Assembly (NCBI GenBank): GCA_035344095.1
Contig: DAORAG010000001.1
Coordinates: forward strand, 1 to 38,203
Length of the DNA stretch: 38,203 nt
Origin: Cyclobacteriaceae bacterium
Lineage (GTDB): Bacteria > Bacteroidota > Bacteroidia > Cytophagales > Cyclobacteriaceae
Direction of reading: 5' to 3'
In this document: positions 1 to 9,420 of the stretch, in pieces
Position numbering within the stretch: position 1 is the first letter of the stretch
Layout: each line of letters begins with the position of its first letter
Made by a program: the position numbers and the translations under genes
The notes under the pieces: model-generated
The model's input: only the letters and a program-made list of their open reading frames with translations
The model's database searches: none
Told to the model about the DNA's origin: nothing

Positions 1-2
1 TG

Positions 3-131
3 CTTGAGATATTCGACATGCATGTGCCGGTCACTCTCAGTTTCTCGGTGATCCTGATTACACTCACGATGTCTATCGTCTTCTCGGTGATAATTCCGAA
101 GAAGCAGAAGTCTGAAGAACTGGATGCTTAG
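3..131 (+). CDS. 3' end of a TerC/Alx-family membrane protein (partial, begins before the window)
   Basis: Hand translation LEIFDMHVPVTLSFSVILITLTMSIVFSVIIPKKQKSEELDA* resembles the last TM helix of TerC proteins. Its TAG overlaps the convergent TAA at 128-131. Confidence 0.6.
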   Translation, partial: LEIFDMHVPVTLSFSVILITLTMSIVFSVIIPKKQKSEELDA

Positions 132-1396
132 CCTTCGAGGCTCTCAGAGAAAATATTTGTAGGAAGTATTTTCATCAGCACCGGCAGCGTAAGGAAACGC
201 TGAGGCAGTGAAATAATTACAAACGTGGGGATAGTCTTGAGCACCACAAACATCATCTCCTGTACCTGATGCTTCTCCTCCTCGCTTAGCTCGTTGCTTT
301 TGGCTTTCCTTAACAACTCCATTAGTTTTTTGCTATCGCGAACTTCACTAATGATTCTGGTTTTGTGCGTTTCTGCAAGCTTGGAAAGCCGCCTCATAAA
401 CTTTTCACTGACCTCGTTGTAGTCCTGACGGTTTTGAAGGTATCCCAGTTCCTCCCAATGTTCCAGCACAAAACCTTCGATAGCGATCATGCTGTTTTCG
501 AGGTCATCTTCGTGGAATTCCAGGCTTTGGTTGAATCTCTCCAAAAATCTATTTTCAACGTCTTCAACTTTCTTGTCTGCCCAAATGGTGAGAATGGCCA
601 TTTCGAGGAAATATTTTTTGAGCAGCCACGAGTTGTTGGTGGGCAGGTTGATTTCTTCAATCTCAATACCTTTTTCAAAAATCTCCAGCGCTTCTCTCTT
701 CTTCTCTGGTGACAGACCCGCACTCTGCAAGAAAAATTCCAACAACCTTCTTTCTTCGAACTCGATCTTTGTATTGGCGTGAGCTGCGGCTGCAATAATT
801 TTCACCACAGAGAATCTAAGTTCCTCTTTTTCATATTTGAAAAAGTCTGAGACGATGCGATCGGCATTGGTGTGAATCCACTGACCAAAAATGAAAATGT
901 CGAGAAACAGCAAGCTGTTATGGAAAAACTGTGTCCAAAAATTCCCGCTATACTCTGAAGTTCTCTCAATGCGCTTGTCAAGAATTTTTTCCGCCAGCTC
1001 AAGAGGAGATTTTCTTTTACCGAAGAAGGTCTTTGAGGATGTAGCCAATTCCGGGAAGACATTGTTGTAAAACTTCGCAATGCTATCCAGTGTCTTCGAC
1101 ATTAATTTGGAAAGTTCCTCAGGATCTCTTACAGGTTTGTCGTGAAACAGTAATGAGCTACTGATAAGACTTTCCGCCAGGAGGATTTTCATCTTGTCCT
1201 TTTCATCCCAGTCTTCCCGATTGGGATGATCGATCACCTCTACAGCATGGCCGTACATTAGGCCAGTAGGTTGAATTACCCGATAAAGGGAATGTTCCGG
1301 ATGTGATGACCGTCTCTTTTCAGTTGTCAGCTCACCCAATAAATCTTTGCGGAAATCCAGATATTCTTTTAACCAGCCCTTTTCGCGCGGCTTCAT
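128..1396 (-). CDS. LETM1-related (biofilm-associated-type) protein with internal TerB-like helical domain
   Basis: N-terminal 'KGWL'; TerB-like 'AAHANTKIEFEE' and 'IWADKKVEDVE'; LETM1-like C-terminus 'LKTIPTFVIISLP...LPVLMKILP'. Confidence 0.7.
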   Translation of the reverse strand: MKPREKGWLKEYLDFRKDLLGELTTEKRRSSHPEHSLYRVIQPTGLMYGHAVEVIDHPNREDWDEKDKMKILLAESLISSSLLFHDKPVRDPEELSKLMSKTLDSIAKFYNNVFPELATSSKTFFGKRKSPLELAEKILDKRIERTSEYSGNFWTQFFHNSLLFLDIFIFGQWIHTNADRIVSDFFKYEKEELRFSVVKIIAAAAHANTKIEFEERRLLEFFLQSAGLSPEKKREALEIFEKGIEIEEINLPTNNSWLLKKYFLEMAILTIWADKKVEDVENRFLERFNQSLEFHEDDLENSMIAIEGFVLEHWEELGYLQNRQDYNEVSEKFMRRLSKLAETHKTRIISEVRDSKKLMELLRKAKSNELSEEEKHQVQEMMFVVLKTIPTFVIISLPQRFLTLPVLMKILPTNIFSESLEG

Positions 1397-1458
1397 CCGT
1401 CTTTGGATTAGAATGAATCTGAAAAGTTACTGAAAAAAATAGTTTTTATCCACCGGGG

Positions 1459-1974
1459 CTACAGCAAGGCATCGCGCCAATTGCCTTTTTCCATGTCGTT
1501 GGCAGTCGAGAGAACTGTCTTTTTGAGGTTTTCTTTATATGCGTCAAGCTTTTTGGCCACATTGGCATCATGCGAGCCTATGATCTGAGCAGCAAGAATT
1601 CCGGCATTTTTGGCTCCATTGAGGGCGACAGTCGCCACCGGCACTCCACCAGGCATTTGCAAAATAGAAAGCACCGAGTCCCACCCATCGATGGAGTTGG
1701 AAGACTTAACGGGCACACCAATAACAGGAAGGGAAGTGACTGAAGCCACCATGCCTGGCAAGTGAGCTGCTCCGCCAGCGCCAGCTATGATTACTTTTAA
1801 TCCTTTGCCGCGCGCATGGCCAGCGTACTCCATCATTCGTTCTGGTGTGCGGTGTGCAGACACAACGGTGATCTCATAGGGAATCTCCAATTCATCCAGT
1901 ATGTCAGCGGCTTCCTTCATCACACGCAAGTCTGATTTACTTCCCATGATGATGCCTACAGATGGTTTGCTCAT
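1459..1974 (-). CDS. purE: N5-CAIR mutase
   Basis: [16 protein letters not shown] and [11 protein letters not shown] motifs; 4-nt overlap with purK. Confidence 0.98.
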   Translation of the reverse strand: MSKPSVGIIMGSKSDLRVMKEAADILDELEIPYEITVVSAHRTPERMMEYAGHARGKGLKVIIAGAGGAAHLPGMVASVTSLPVIGVPVKSSNSIDGWDSVLSILQMPGGVPVATVALNGAKNAGILAAQIIGSHDANVAKKLDAYKENLKKTVLSTANDMEKGNWRDALL

Positions 1975-3113
1975 GCGATCACTTTGAGTTTTTCCTTTAC
2001 AAAGGTGGCTTTCTTATTCAAACTTTCCACGTCCTTGTCGACTATTGTTACGTGCCCCATTTTTCGGAATGGCTTCGTCAATTTCTTTCCATACAGGTGC
2101 ACATGCACCCCGTCAAGTTTCAGCACTTCCTCCAGTCCCTGGTATTGGGCATCTCCCGTGTATCCATCCTCTCCCAACAAATTTACCATTGCGCTAGGCG
2201 ATCGCATTGAGGTGGCTCCTAAGGGCTGATTGAGAATTGCTCTGAGATGTTGTTCGTATTGTGAAGTTTCATTGGCTTCAATGGTGTGATGCCCGCTATT
2301 GTGAGGACGTGGTGCGATTTCGTTCACCAACACTTTACCCTCCCTGGTTACAAACATTTCCACAGCCAATATTCCAACAAGACCCAGTGACTCTATCACC
2401 CTTCTTGCAATTCGATCCGCGTCTGCTGCTATGTGTTCTGAAATGTTTGCCGGTGCAAAAAGATATTCAACGAGATTCTTTTCAGGATGAAAGACCATCT
2501 CTACTGGCGGGTAAGTTCTAATTTCCCCTGATTCATTTTTGGCGACAATGACTGCGATCTCTTTATCAAAGTCGATCAACTTTTCCAGCAATCCCGGAGC
2601 GTCAAATGCTTTGTCGAGATCGTTTGTGTCTCTTATTATCTGCACACCTCGCCCATCATAACCTTCTTTGGCGAGTTTGTTTACTGCAGGAATGAAAGAG
2701 GCGTTCGCCTTCACTTCGTTTCTGTTCTCGGTAAGAATGAATTCTGCAGTGGGAATGTCATTCTTTTGGAAGAATTCCTTTTGCGTTCTTTTGTCCTGAA
2801 TTAACTCAATAATATGAGGCTGCGGAAAAACCTTCTTTCCCGACTTCTCAAGATCTTTTAGCGCTTTTGTATTAACGTTTTCAATTTCGATCGTTACCAG
2901 ATCACATTTTTTGCCGAACGCCATTACGGTATTGTAATCCGTCAGTTTGCCATGTGTGAAATCCGAAATTTGGTGACAAGGAGCAGTGGCATCCGGATCA
3001 AGAATTGAGAAAGTGATATTAAAGTCGATGCCGGATTGGATTAACATTCGGCCCAACTGGCCCCCACCCAAAACGCCTAGTTTGAAGTCTTTTTGATAGA
3101 ATTTTGGTTCCAT
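1971..3113 (-). CDS. purK: N5-CAIR synthase (ATP-grasp)
   Basis: [26 protein letters not shown] and RKMGH motifs. Start moved to ATG 3113 because TATTTTTG lies at 3127-3120. Confidence 0.97.
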   Translation of the reverse strand: MEPKFYQKDFKLGVLGGGQLGRMLIQSGIDFNITFSILDPDATAPCHQISDFTHGKLTDYNTVMAFGKKCDLVTIEIENVNTKALKDLEKSGKKVFPQPHIIELIQDKRTQKEFFQKNDIPTAEFILTENRNEVKANASFIPAVNKLAKEGYDGRGVQIIRDTNDLDKAFDAPGLLEKLIDFDKEIAVIVAKNESGEIRTYPPVEMVFHPEKNLVEYLFAPANISEHIAADADRIARRVIESLGLVGILAVEMFVTREGKVLVNEIAPRPHNSGHHTIEANETSQYEQHLRAILNQPLGATSMRSPSAMVNLLGEDGYTGDAQYQGLEEVLKLDGVHVHLYGKKLTKPFRKMGHVTIVDKDVESLNKKATFVKEKLKVIA

Positions 3114-3119
3114 TGGCCG

Positions 3120-3127
3120 CAAAAATA
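3120..3127 (-). promoter_or_regulatory. Bacteroidota -7 promoter element for purK-purE
   Basis: TATTTTTG matches TAnnTTTG, 6 nt before the ATG. Confidence 0.65.
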
Positions 3128-3156
3128 CCGATTATTTCAGGACCGGGAGGGGAACT

Positions 3157-3540
3157 TTAGCTATAGACCATGCTTTTGGACCTGGCCACCACATCATTGA
3201 ATTCAATCTTTGCCATGCGAATGGAGTAGAGCAGTAGTCGCACCTCTTTTACGTGCACCCTGCCATCTGCTTCTGACATTTTGTGAAGGTGAGCAAAGGC
3301 ATCCAACTTTTCATCATCAGTGCATTGATTCAGATGATCAATGCCAGACTGATAGATATGCTTTTCTTTTTTGTTAATAACACTCTTCTCAAATTCAATG
3401 AGTGTGGCTTCAGGAATTTGTTCGTAATCCTTGACCTTTTTTAAGGCCTTACTCTCATTTTCATCGATCACACCATCGGCATTTACAAGCAAATGGATGA
3501 GGTAGAGGATACCCAAATGATAGTTCTTATTCTGGCTCAT
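3157..3540 (-). CDS. TerB-family protein
   Basis: Two ADG-x-x-x-x-x-E motifs (NADGVIDENE, EADGRVHVKE) in a 127-aa helical protein. Confidence 0.8.
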   Translation of the reverse strand: MSQNKNYHLGILYLIHLLVNADGVIDENESKALKKVKDYEQIPEATLIEFEKSVINKKEKHIYQSGIDHLNQCTDDEKLDAFAHLHKMSEADGRVHVKEVRLLLYSIRMAKIEFNDVVARSKSMVYS

Positions 3541-3594
3541 AGAAATCGTAGGCTATAAATATAGCCAGAATTGCGGCTTTTAAAAGTGGTGGAT

Positions 3595-5700
3595 TTAAGA
3601 AAGAACCTGGTAGACCAGTAAGGCAGAGGTATACGCCAGCAGGGTCATGTAAGTTAACTGCAACATTGGCCACTTCCATCCTTTTGTCTCGCGCTTCACA
3701 ATGGCCAGGGTGCTCATGCACTGCATCGCGAAAGTGTAAAAGATGAGTAGTGACAAGCCTGTAGCAAATGTGAACCGAGGGCCACCTGTTTCAGGATTCT
3801 TTTCGGCTTTGAGCCTGCTTTTTATCGTTATTTGATCTTCCGTATTACCTACGGAATAGATGGTCGCTATTGTGCCAACGAATACCTCCCGTGCTGCAAA
3901 GGAGGTGATCAGAGCAATGCCGATTTTCCAATCATAGCCTAGCGGGCTTATGATCGGTTCAATACTTTTTCCAATGATGCCGGCATATGAGCGTTCTAAT
4001 TTGTACGCCATGGTCTGGTTCTCGCGCTCAGCCTCTGTGATTTTTCCTTCCGAAATTTCCTGACTTACCTGGGCATCGACACCATTCATGCTGTCGGACG
4101 GCCCATAGCTGGCAAGCCACCACAAGACGATAGAGATAGCCAGAATGACTTTGCCGGCTTCAAATACAAAAGTTTTTGTTTTCTCCACGATGGTGTAGCC
4201 CACGTTCGACCATTTGGGCATGCGATACGTTGGAAGTTCCATGATCAGAAAACTCCTTTCATTTGCTTTAACAATCCACTTCATTACGATCGCAGACAGG
4301 ATGGCTGCTGTGAAGCCCAAAAGGTAAAGCCCCATCAGTGCCAGCCCTTGTAAATTGAAAAACCCCAGCCAGGTTCCCTCAGGTATAATGAGTGCGACAA
4401 GAATGGCAAACACCGGCAACCGGGCAGAACAACTCATCAATGGAGTGACGAAAATGGTAATCAGCCTATCTTTCCAGTTTTCAATAGTTCGGGTGGCCAT
4501 GATAGCGGGTATAGCGCACGCCCATCCGGAAATAAGCGGAACTACACTTTTGCCACTCAAGCCAAATTTTCGCATGATTTTGTCCATGAGGAATACCACG
4601 CGGGCCATGTAACCAGACTCTTCCAGAATGGCGATGAACGCGAACAAAATCGCGATTTGAGGAACAAAAATGAGGATTCCACCTATGCCCGGAATTATTC
4701 CTTCAGTGATGAGGTCGAAAAATGGTCCTTCCGGAAACATGCCATTCAAAGTATTGCTGAGATTGGCAAACAAGGCATCTATGATGTCCATTGGACGTTG
4801 CGCCCAGGCAAAGATGGACTGAAAAATCAGGAACAGAATGCCAAAGAAAATGACATAGCCCCACACTTTGTGTGTGAGCAATTTATCGATTTTGTGTGAG
4901 AGCTTTTTCCAGTCAGAGTCAGCATTCTTTACAACCACTTTGCTCAAGACATCTTGAATGAACTTATAACGAAGGATTGTCTCGGCTCCCTGATACTTTC
5001 CCGGAAAGAATTCGAATTGAGACGCGATTTCCCTAATCGAATTTTTCTCCTGCTCGCTTAAAAAGCCAAGATTATCTACCTGCTGCAGGTACTGGTAAGC
5101 TTCATAGTCTGACTCCAGGCTGAAGTGATTTTTTGTTTTCTCAACCGGTTGGCAGATTTCCGGATCTATTTCATAGATAGATCGATTCGAAACCGACACC
5201 GGTTTAGCCAGAAGTTGTTTTAACTCCTGCAGGCCCTGGCCGTTGCGCGCATTGATCAGAGCCACAGGTAAGTCAAGCAGTTGCTCTAGTTTTTTGACAT
5301 CAATATTCTGCCCTGACTTAGCCGCAAGATCAACCATGTTGAGTGCCAATACAACCGGCAATCGAAGATCGATTAGTTGGGTAAGCAGAAGCAACGAGCT
5401 TTGCAGGTTTGTGGCGTCAGCTACAAGCACCACCTTATGTGGATAGTAGTTGTTTCTTTTATCAGAAAAAATTTCAGTTACGATCTTTTCATCAAGCGAT
5501 CGGGGATATAGGCTGTAAATGCCCGGCAGGTCAATAACTTCCGCAACGGTCTGTGAATCCAATTCGCAGACACCTGTTTTCTTGTCGACAGTAACTCCGG
5601 GGAAATTTCCTATTTTCTGGTTTAAACCCGTGAGCTGATTGAAGAGTGAGGACTTTCCGGAGTTGGGCTTACCTGCTATCGCTATCTTTAGCCTTTTCAC
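3595..5700 (-). CDS. feoB: Ferrous iron transporter B
   Basis: GTPase motifs GKPNSGKS, GNFPGVTV, DLPGIYSL and NMVD; gate motifs GWACAIPA, MSCSARLP and QCMST. Confidence 0.98.
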   Translation of the reverse strand: MKRLKIAIAGKPNSGKSSLFNQLTGLNQKIGNFPGVTVDKKTGVCELDSQTVAEVIDLPGIYSLYPRSLDEKIVTEIFSDKRNNYYPHKVVLVADATNLQSSLLLLTQLIDLRLPVVLALNMVDLAAKSGQNIDVKKLEQLLDLPVALINARNGQGLQELKQLLAKPVSVSNRSIYEIDPEICQPVEKTKNHFSLESDYEAYQYLQQVDNLGFLSEQEKNSIREIASQFEFFPGKYQGAETILRYKFIQDVLSKVVVKNADSDWKKLSHKIDKLLTHKVWGYVIFFGILFLIFQSIFAWAQRPMDIIDALFANLSNTLNGMFPEGPFFDLITEGIIPGIGGILIFVPQIAILFAFIAILEESGYMARVVFLMDKIMRKFGLSGKSVVPLISGWACAIPAIMATRTIENWKDRLITIFVTPLMSCSARLPVFAILVALIIPEGTWLGFFNLQGLALMGLYLLGFTAAILSAIVMKWIVKANERSFLIMELPTYRMPKWSNVGYTIVEKTKTFVFEAGKVILAISIVLWWLASYGPSDSMNGVDAQVSQEISEGKITEAERENQTMAYKLERSYAGIIGKSIEPIISPLGYDWKIGIALITSFAAREVFVGTIATIYSVGNTEDQITIKSRLKAEKNPETGGPRFTFATGLSLLIFYTFAMQCMSTLAIVKRETKGWKWPMLQLTYMTLLAYTSALLVYQVLS

Positions 5701-5715
5701 AGTTTCAGGCAGGCT

Positions 5716-5949
5716 TTAGTTTAGGATGGCAATCATGGCGGCCTCATCCATGCGGATGGTAATGTCATATCCGGAGATGCTCACGCAGATCGGGTCCCCG
5801 AGTGGAGCGCTAAAGTTGAACTTAACCACTGATCCTGGGAGGAATCCCATTTCAAGGAGTCTGTTAGAAAGATCGTCACTAATAAAACCCGAAATAACTG
5901 CTGTTTCACCTGGCACCATCTGCGCTACACTTCTGCCGTTTGCCCCCAC
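5716..5949 (-). CDS. feoA: Ferrous iron transport protein A
   Basis: RLLEMGFLPG and APLGDPI SH3-like signature; directly upstream of feoB. Confidence 0.95.
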   Translation of the reverse strand: MGANGRSVAQMVPGETAVISGFISDDLSNRLLEMGFLPGSVVKFNFSAPLGDPICVSISGYDITIRMDEAAMIAILN

Positions 5950-5951
5950 TT

Positions 5952-5974
5952 TTATTTAGATTAAATTTAAACTG
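5952..5974. promoter_or_regulatory. Putative iron-responsive repressor (Fur-type) operator
   Basis: Imperfect dyad TTATTTAGATTAAATTTAAACTG, 2 nt from the feoA start. It resembles the TTATTTAGAnTnAnTCTAAATAA dyad I associate with Bacteroidota iron genes. Confidence 0.6.
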
Positions 5975-6034
5975 CGTGAAGATAATTGTTTGAGGTATGA
6001 TAAACCATGATTTTAGATTGGTTGTTTGGCAGTT

Positions 6035-6205
6035 ATGAAGCGGAAATCCACTAAACACACCCCTCAAAAAGGTGAAAAGAAGGAAGCCGGGGAGCCTGAG
6101 CGGAACCCAGCCTCGAGAGAAAATCAGGATGAGGATTCGGGGAACAGGCCAGACTTTGGCGGACTACCAGACCGTGACCTGAAGAAGAATCTGGGATGCG
6201 GGTAG
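6035..6205 (+). CDS. Small 56-aa charged protein ending DFGGLPDRDLKKNLGCG (not in ORF track)
   Basis: Open frame from ATG 6035 to TAG 6205. It fills the gap almost exactly, ending 1 nt before the convergent murF-alr stop. Confidence 0.7.
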   Translation: MKRKSTKHTPQKGEKKEAGEPERNPASRENQDEDSGNRPDFGGLPDRDLKKNLGCG

Positions 6206-6206
6206 A

Positions 6207-8663
6207 TTACAGACTTTCGGCATAAAAGACCCTCTTAACACGTTCGCTGGTATTGGTTAGGATCTCGTAAGGGATGGTATTAATCATTTGTGCTACTTCA
6301 GGAATAGGAAGACCTTTTCCAAAAATGATTACTTCCTTCCCCTCTATCACCTCGGGGATGTCCGTGACGTCAACCATCGTCATATCCATGCACACATTAC
6401 CGATAACAGGCGCTCGTTTTCCACCGATGAGGACCGACCCTACTCCATTGCTGAATGCCCGGTTATAGCCATCGGCATATCCAATAGCGATGGTGGCGGT
6501 TTTTAGATCCCGTTCGGCTTTGCCTCTCCTTCCATAGCCTATCGTCTCGCCTTTTTTGAGGGTCTTTACCTGCGAAACGACTGTCTTTAACGTGGCTACA
6601 GGCTGCAGCTTATCCTGTAATAGGCCTGATGGATCGATACCGTACAGTCCTATCCCAAGTCGCACCATATCAAACTGAAGTCCGGGATGCCGCACAATAC
6701 CGCTGGAATTAAGAATATGTCGTAGAGGCCTGTATTTCAGTGCTTTTTCAAGCTTCTGTATGGCCATCGCGAAGAGTTCGCTCTGGGAGGCCGTGAATTC
6801 ATCGTGTTTAGCCTCATCGGAGCCAGCAAGATGCGAGAAAACAGAGGCAACTCTGATATTGGAATTGGAAGCCAGCAACTCTACCGCCTCGGCAATATCA
6901 TCAAGTTCCAAACCCAGCCGGTGCATACCAGTGTCTACTTTGAGGTGTATGGCAATGGGTCTGCCATTAAGAAAGTTAACCAACGACCTAAGAAGAGACA
7001 GACTGTAAATCTCCGGTTCAAGGCCGTTATCAATCAGAGCCTGAAATGTATCCTCCGTAGGGTTCATCACCATGATCGGCAAATGGATGCGATGTTGTCT
7101 CAGTTCTACACCTTCGTCCACATAGGCTACACCCAGGTAGTCTACCCGGTGATATTGTAAAAGCGAAGCTATTTCCTGACTTCCGCTACCATAGGCAAAC
7201 GCCTTTACCATTACCATAAGTTTCACCTCGGGCTGAAGCAGCGACCTAAAGTAATTAAGATTGTGAACCACATTATTCAGGTCAATCTCCATCACCGTGC
7301 CGTGTACTTTCTTCTGCAGTCGTTGGACAATTTTTTCAAACTCGAAAACGCGCGCGCCTTTTATCAGGATCGCTTCGTCTTTGAAGTTTTTCCAATTGGT
7401 GTCGCGAATGAAATCATCTGTTGTAAGGAAAAACTGCTTATCAATATTGAACCCATCAAAAGGGGAATGATGGGAGTAAAACCCAAAACCAATTCCAATA
7501 AATCTTTGAATGCCGCTGTCCCTCACAATAGTTGCAATTTGAGTTGCAAGCTCCTCCAAAGTGAGACCCGATTGAAGAACATCGGAAAGGATAAGCGTCT
7601 TTTTCGCTTTGTTAAGTCCATTCAAAAAATCAAGACTTATTCTAAGGCCACCCAAATCGTTGTTGTAGGCGTCATTGATGATCTGGCATCCGTTAATTCC
7701 CTGTTTCAGTTCAAGCCGCATAGGCACCGCATGCAGCTGCTTGATTTTTGATTCGATTAAGTCATCGCTATAGCCGAAGTGAATTAAGAGCACAACGCAG
7801 TGTGCCAAATTCTCCTTTGAAGCGAAATCTTCGAATGGAATGCTAAATCTGTGTTCGCCCAAAGTACCTGAAATGGTAAGAATTTTATCGTTAGTGAACT
7901 TGAGTAAAATATTTGAACCCGGTTTTTGCCCCCACCCAAGCAGTTTTTGAGATGGGTTGGATTTTGGGGTAAACTGTTCTTCTATTTCCGGGTAGTCGCT
8001 GCAATAAATTACAGTTTCAGCATCTTTGAATAATTTAGCCTTCTCACTAGCCTTTTCCTGAATAGAATTAAAACCTTCGGCATGGGCTGAACCAATATTG
8101 GTATATATTCCTATCGTAGGGCGTATTATCTGTTGCAGGGAGGTCATTTCACCAGCCTGGGATATGCCTGCTTCAAAAATTCCCAATTCATGATCTCCGG
8201 TCATTTGCCAAACGGATAGTGGAACCCCGATTTGGGAATTGTAACTACCCGGATTTTTAACGCACTTTTTTTCAGGCGACAGAAGTTGATACACCCATTC
8301 TTTGACGATCGTCTTCCCGTTGCTTCCTGTAATGCCGATAACGGGATACTTGAACTCAGCGCGGTGGTAAGAGGCGAGATCCTGTAAGGCTTTGATGGCG
8401 GATTCCACCAGATGGAAATTCCCATCAGGAAAATTACTTATGTCAAGCTTACGCTCGACAATGAACTGTCTGACACCTTGCTCGTAAAGTGAGGCAATGA
8501 ATTCATGACCATCATTGCGAATGCCTTTGATAGCGAAGAAAAGACTTTTGGGAGATGCCAGTGCTTTTCGACTGTCCGTAATTAGGTATTGAATTACTTC
8601 ATCTTTTGCTATTTGCAGTGGGGTGCCACTGACAATTGAATCCAGGTGGGAGAATGTAAGCAT
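6207..8663 (-). CDS. alr: Bifunctional MurF-like ligase / alanine racemase
   Basis: Mur ligase motifs GITGSNGKT and INDAYN; racemase motifs VKAFAYGSG, HLKVDTGMHRLG, IGYADG and VCMD. This fusion is typical of Bacteroidota. Confidence 0.95.
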   Translation of the reverse strand: MLTFSHLDSIVSGTPLQIAKDEVIQYLITDSRKALASPKSLFFAIKGIRNDGHEFIASLYEQGVRQFIVERKLDISNFPDGNFHLVESAIKALQDLASYHRAEFKYPVIGITGSNGKTIVKEWVYQLLSPEKKCVKNPGSYNSQIGVPLSVWQMTGDHELGIFEAGISQAGEMTSLQQIIRPTIGIYTNIGSAHAEGFNSIQEKASEKAKLFKDAETVIYCSDYPEIEEQFTPKSNPSQKLLGWGQKPGSNILLKFTNDKILTISGTLGEHRFSIPFEDFASKENLAHCVVLLIHFGYSDDLIESKIKQLHAVPMRLELKQGINGCQIINDAYNNDLGGLRISLDFLNGLNKAKKTLILSDVLQSGLTLEELATQIATIVRDSGIQRFIGIGFGFYSHHSPFDGFNIDKQFFLTTDDFIRDTNWKNFKDEAILIKGARVFEFEKIVQRLQKKVHGTVMEIDLNNVVHNLNYFRSLLQPEVKLMVMVKAFAYGSGSQEIASLLQYHRVDYLGVAYVDEGVELRQHRIHLPIMVMNPTEDTFQALIDNGLEPEIYSLSLLRSLVNFLNGRPIAIHLKVDTGMHRLGLELDDIAEAVELLASNSNIRVASVFSHLAGSDEAKHDEFTASQSELFAMAIQKLEKALKYRPLRHILNSSGIVRHPGLQFDMVRLGIGLYGIDPSGLLQDKLQPVATLKTVVSQVKTLKKGETIGYGRRGKAERDLKTATIAIGYADGYNRAFSNGVGSVLIGGKRAPVIGNVCMDMTMVDVTDIPEVIEGKEVIIFGKGLPIPEVAQMINTIPYEILTNTSERVKRVFYAESL

Positions 8664-8665
8664 GG

Positions 8666-8998
8666 CTAGAACAACCTGCCCCCGTTGGGAACGTCTTTAT
8701 CAATGGTGGTCAGCACCACGTGGCCGTTTTCATCGGGAAACCCAGTTACGAGTATCTCGGATAAAAACGGGCCAATTTGTTTTGGGGGAAAGTTGACCAC
8801 GCAGGCTACCTTTTTTCCCGGTAGTTCGTCAAGTTGGTATCTGCGTGTGATTTGGGCGCTTGATTTTTTGACTCCCAGCTCTGGGCCCAGGTCTACCCAC
8901 ACCTTAAAAGCCGGTTTTCTGGCTTCCGGGAAGGTTTCTGCCTTAATAATCGTACCCGCCCTGATGTCGATTTTATTGAACTCATCCCATGTTATCAT
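8666..8998 (-). CDS. csaA: tRNA-binding OB-fold protein / chaperone CsaA
   Basis: DIRAGTI, EARKPA, KKSSAQIT and VVNFPPKQIG motifs; start at ATG 8998 (MITWDEF). Confidence 0.92.
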   Translation of the reverse strand: MITWDEFNKIDIRAGTIIKAETFPEARKPAFKVWVDLGPELGVKKSSAQITRRYQLDELPGKKVACVVNFPPKQIGPFLSEILVTGFPDENGHVVLTTIDKDVPNGGRLF

Positions 8999-9069
8999 GG
9001 CCAAAATTTCATAATTTGGTGGAACAATCCCAATTTTGCTACGTTTTGGCAAAGAACAGGGAGACGAAC

Positions 9070-9420
9070 ATGACAGGTAAGAAAACTTATTTTCTGGCAG
9101 TTCTGACAGCTGGGTGCATGACCCTGCTCTCCTATAATTCTTATGCGCAGGAAGACGGCTACCCCTCTTACAATTTTCAAGAACCGAGTTATCAGGAGCT
9201 GAATTTGCTTGAGGACAAGGCGCTGATCTATGAGCAAAATGAAAATCGTCCTTCCCGCACTATTCAAAGCATTCAAAGAGATTCTATTGCCATGCATGCG
9301 TCAAAAAATAAAAGCAATAAGAAGGCAGCAGCGGAAAAAAAGGAAGATGATGCACTTTCATTCAATTTCCTCTACTACATCATTCAGAAGTATAAGATCT
9401 CAGATATTGTAGATCAGTAA
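9070..9420 (+). CDS. Secreted hypothetical protein (116 aa)
   Basis: Signal peptide MTGKKTYFLAVL...SYAQ, low-complexity middle, amphipathic C-terminus LSFNFLYYIIQKYKISDIVDQ. Confidence 0.8.
   Translation: MTGKKTYFLAVLTAGCMTLLSYNSYAQEDGYPSYNFQEPSYQELNLLEDKALIYEQNENRPSRTIQSIQRDSIAMHASKNKSNKKAAAEKKEDDALSFNFLYYIIQKYKISDIVDQ

Noticed and set aside
6191-6206. GCG-stop as a selenoprotein-like GCUG terminus or a recoded stop
   Set aside because: The stop is TAG, not TGA, and readthrough would run straight into the convergent murF-alr gene.
6207-8663. MurF-Alr fusion as a novelty
   Set aside because: This fusion is common and well known in Bacteroidota.
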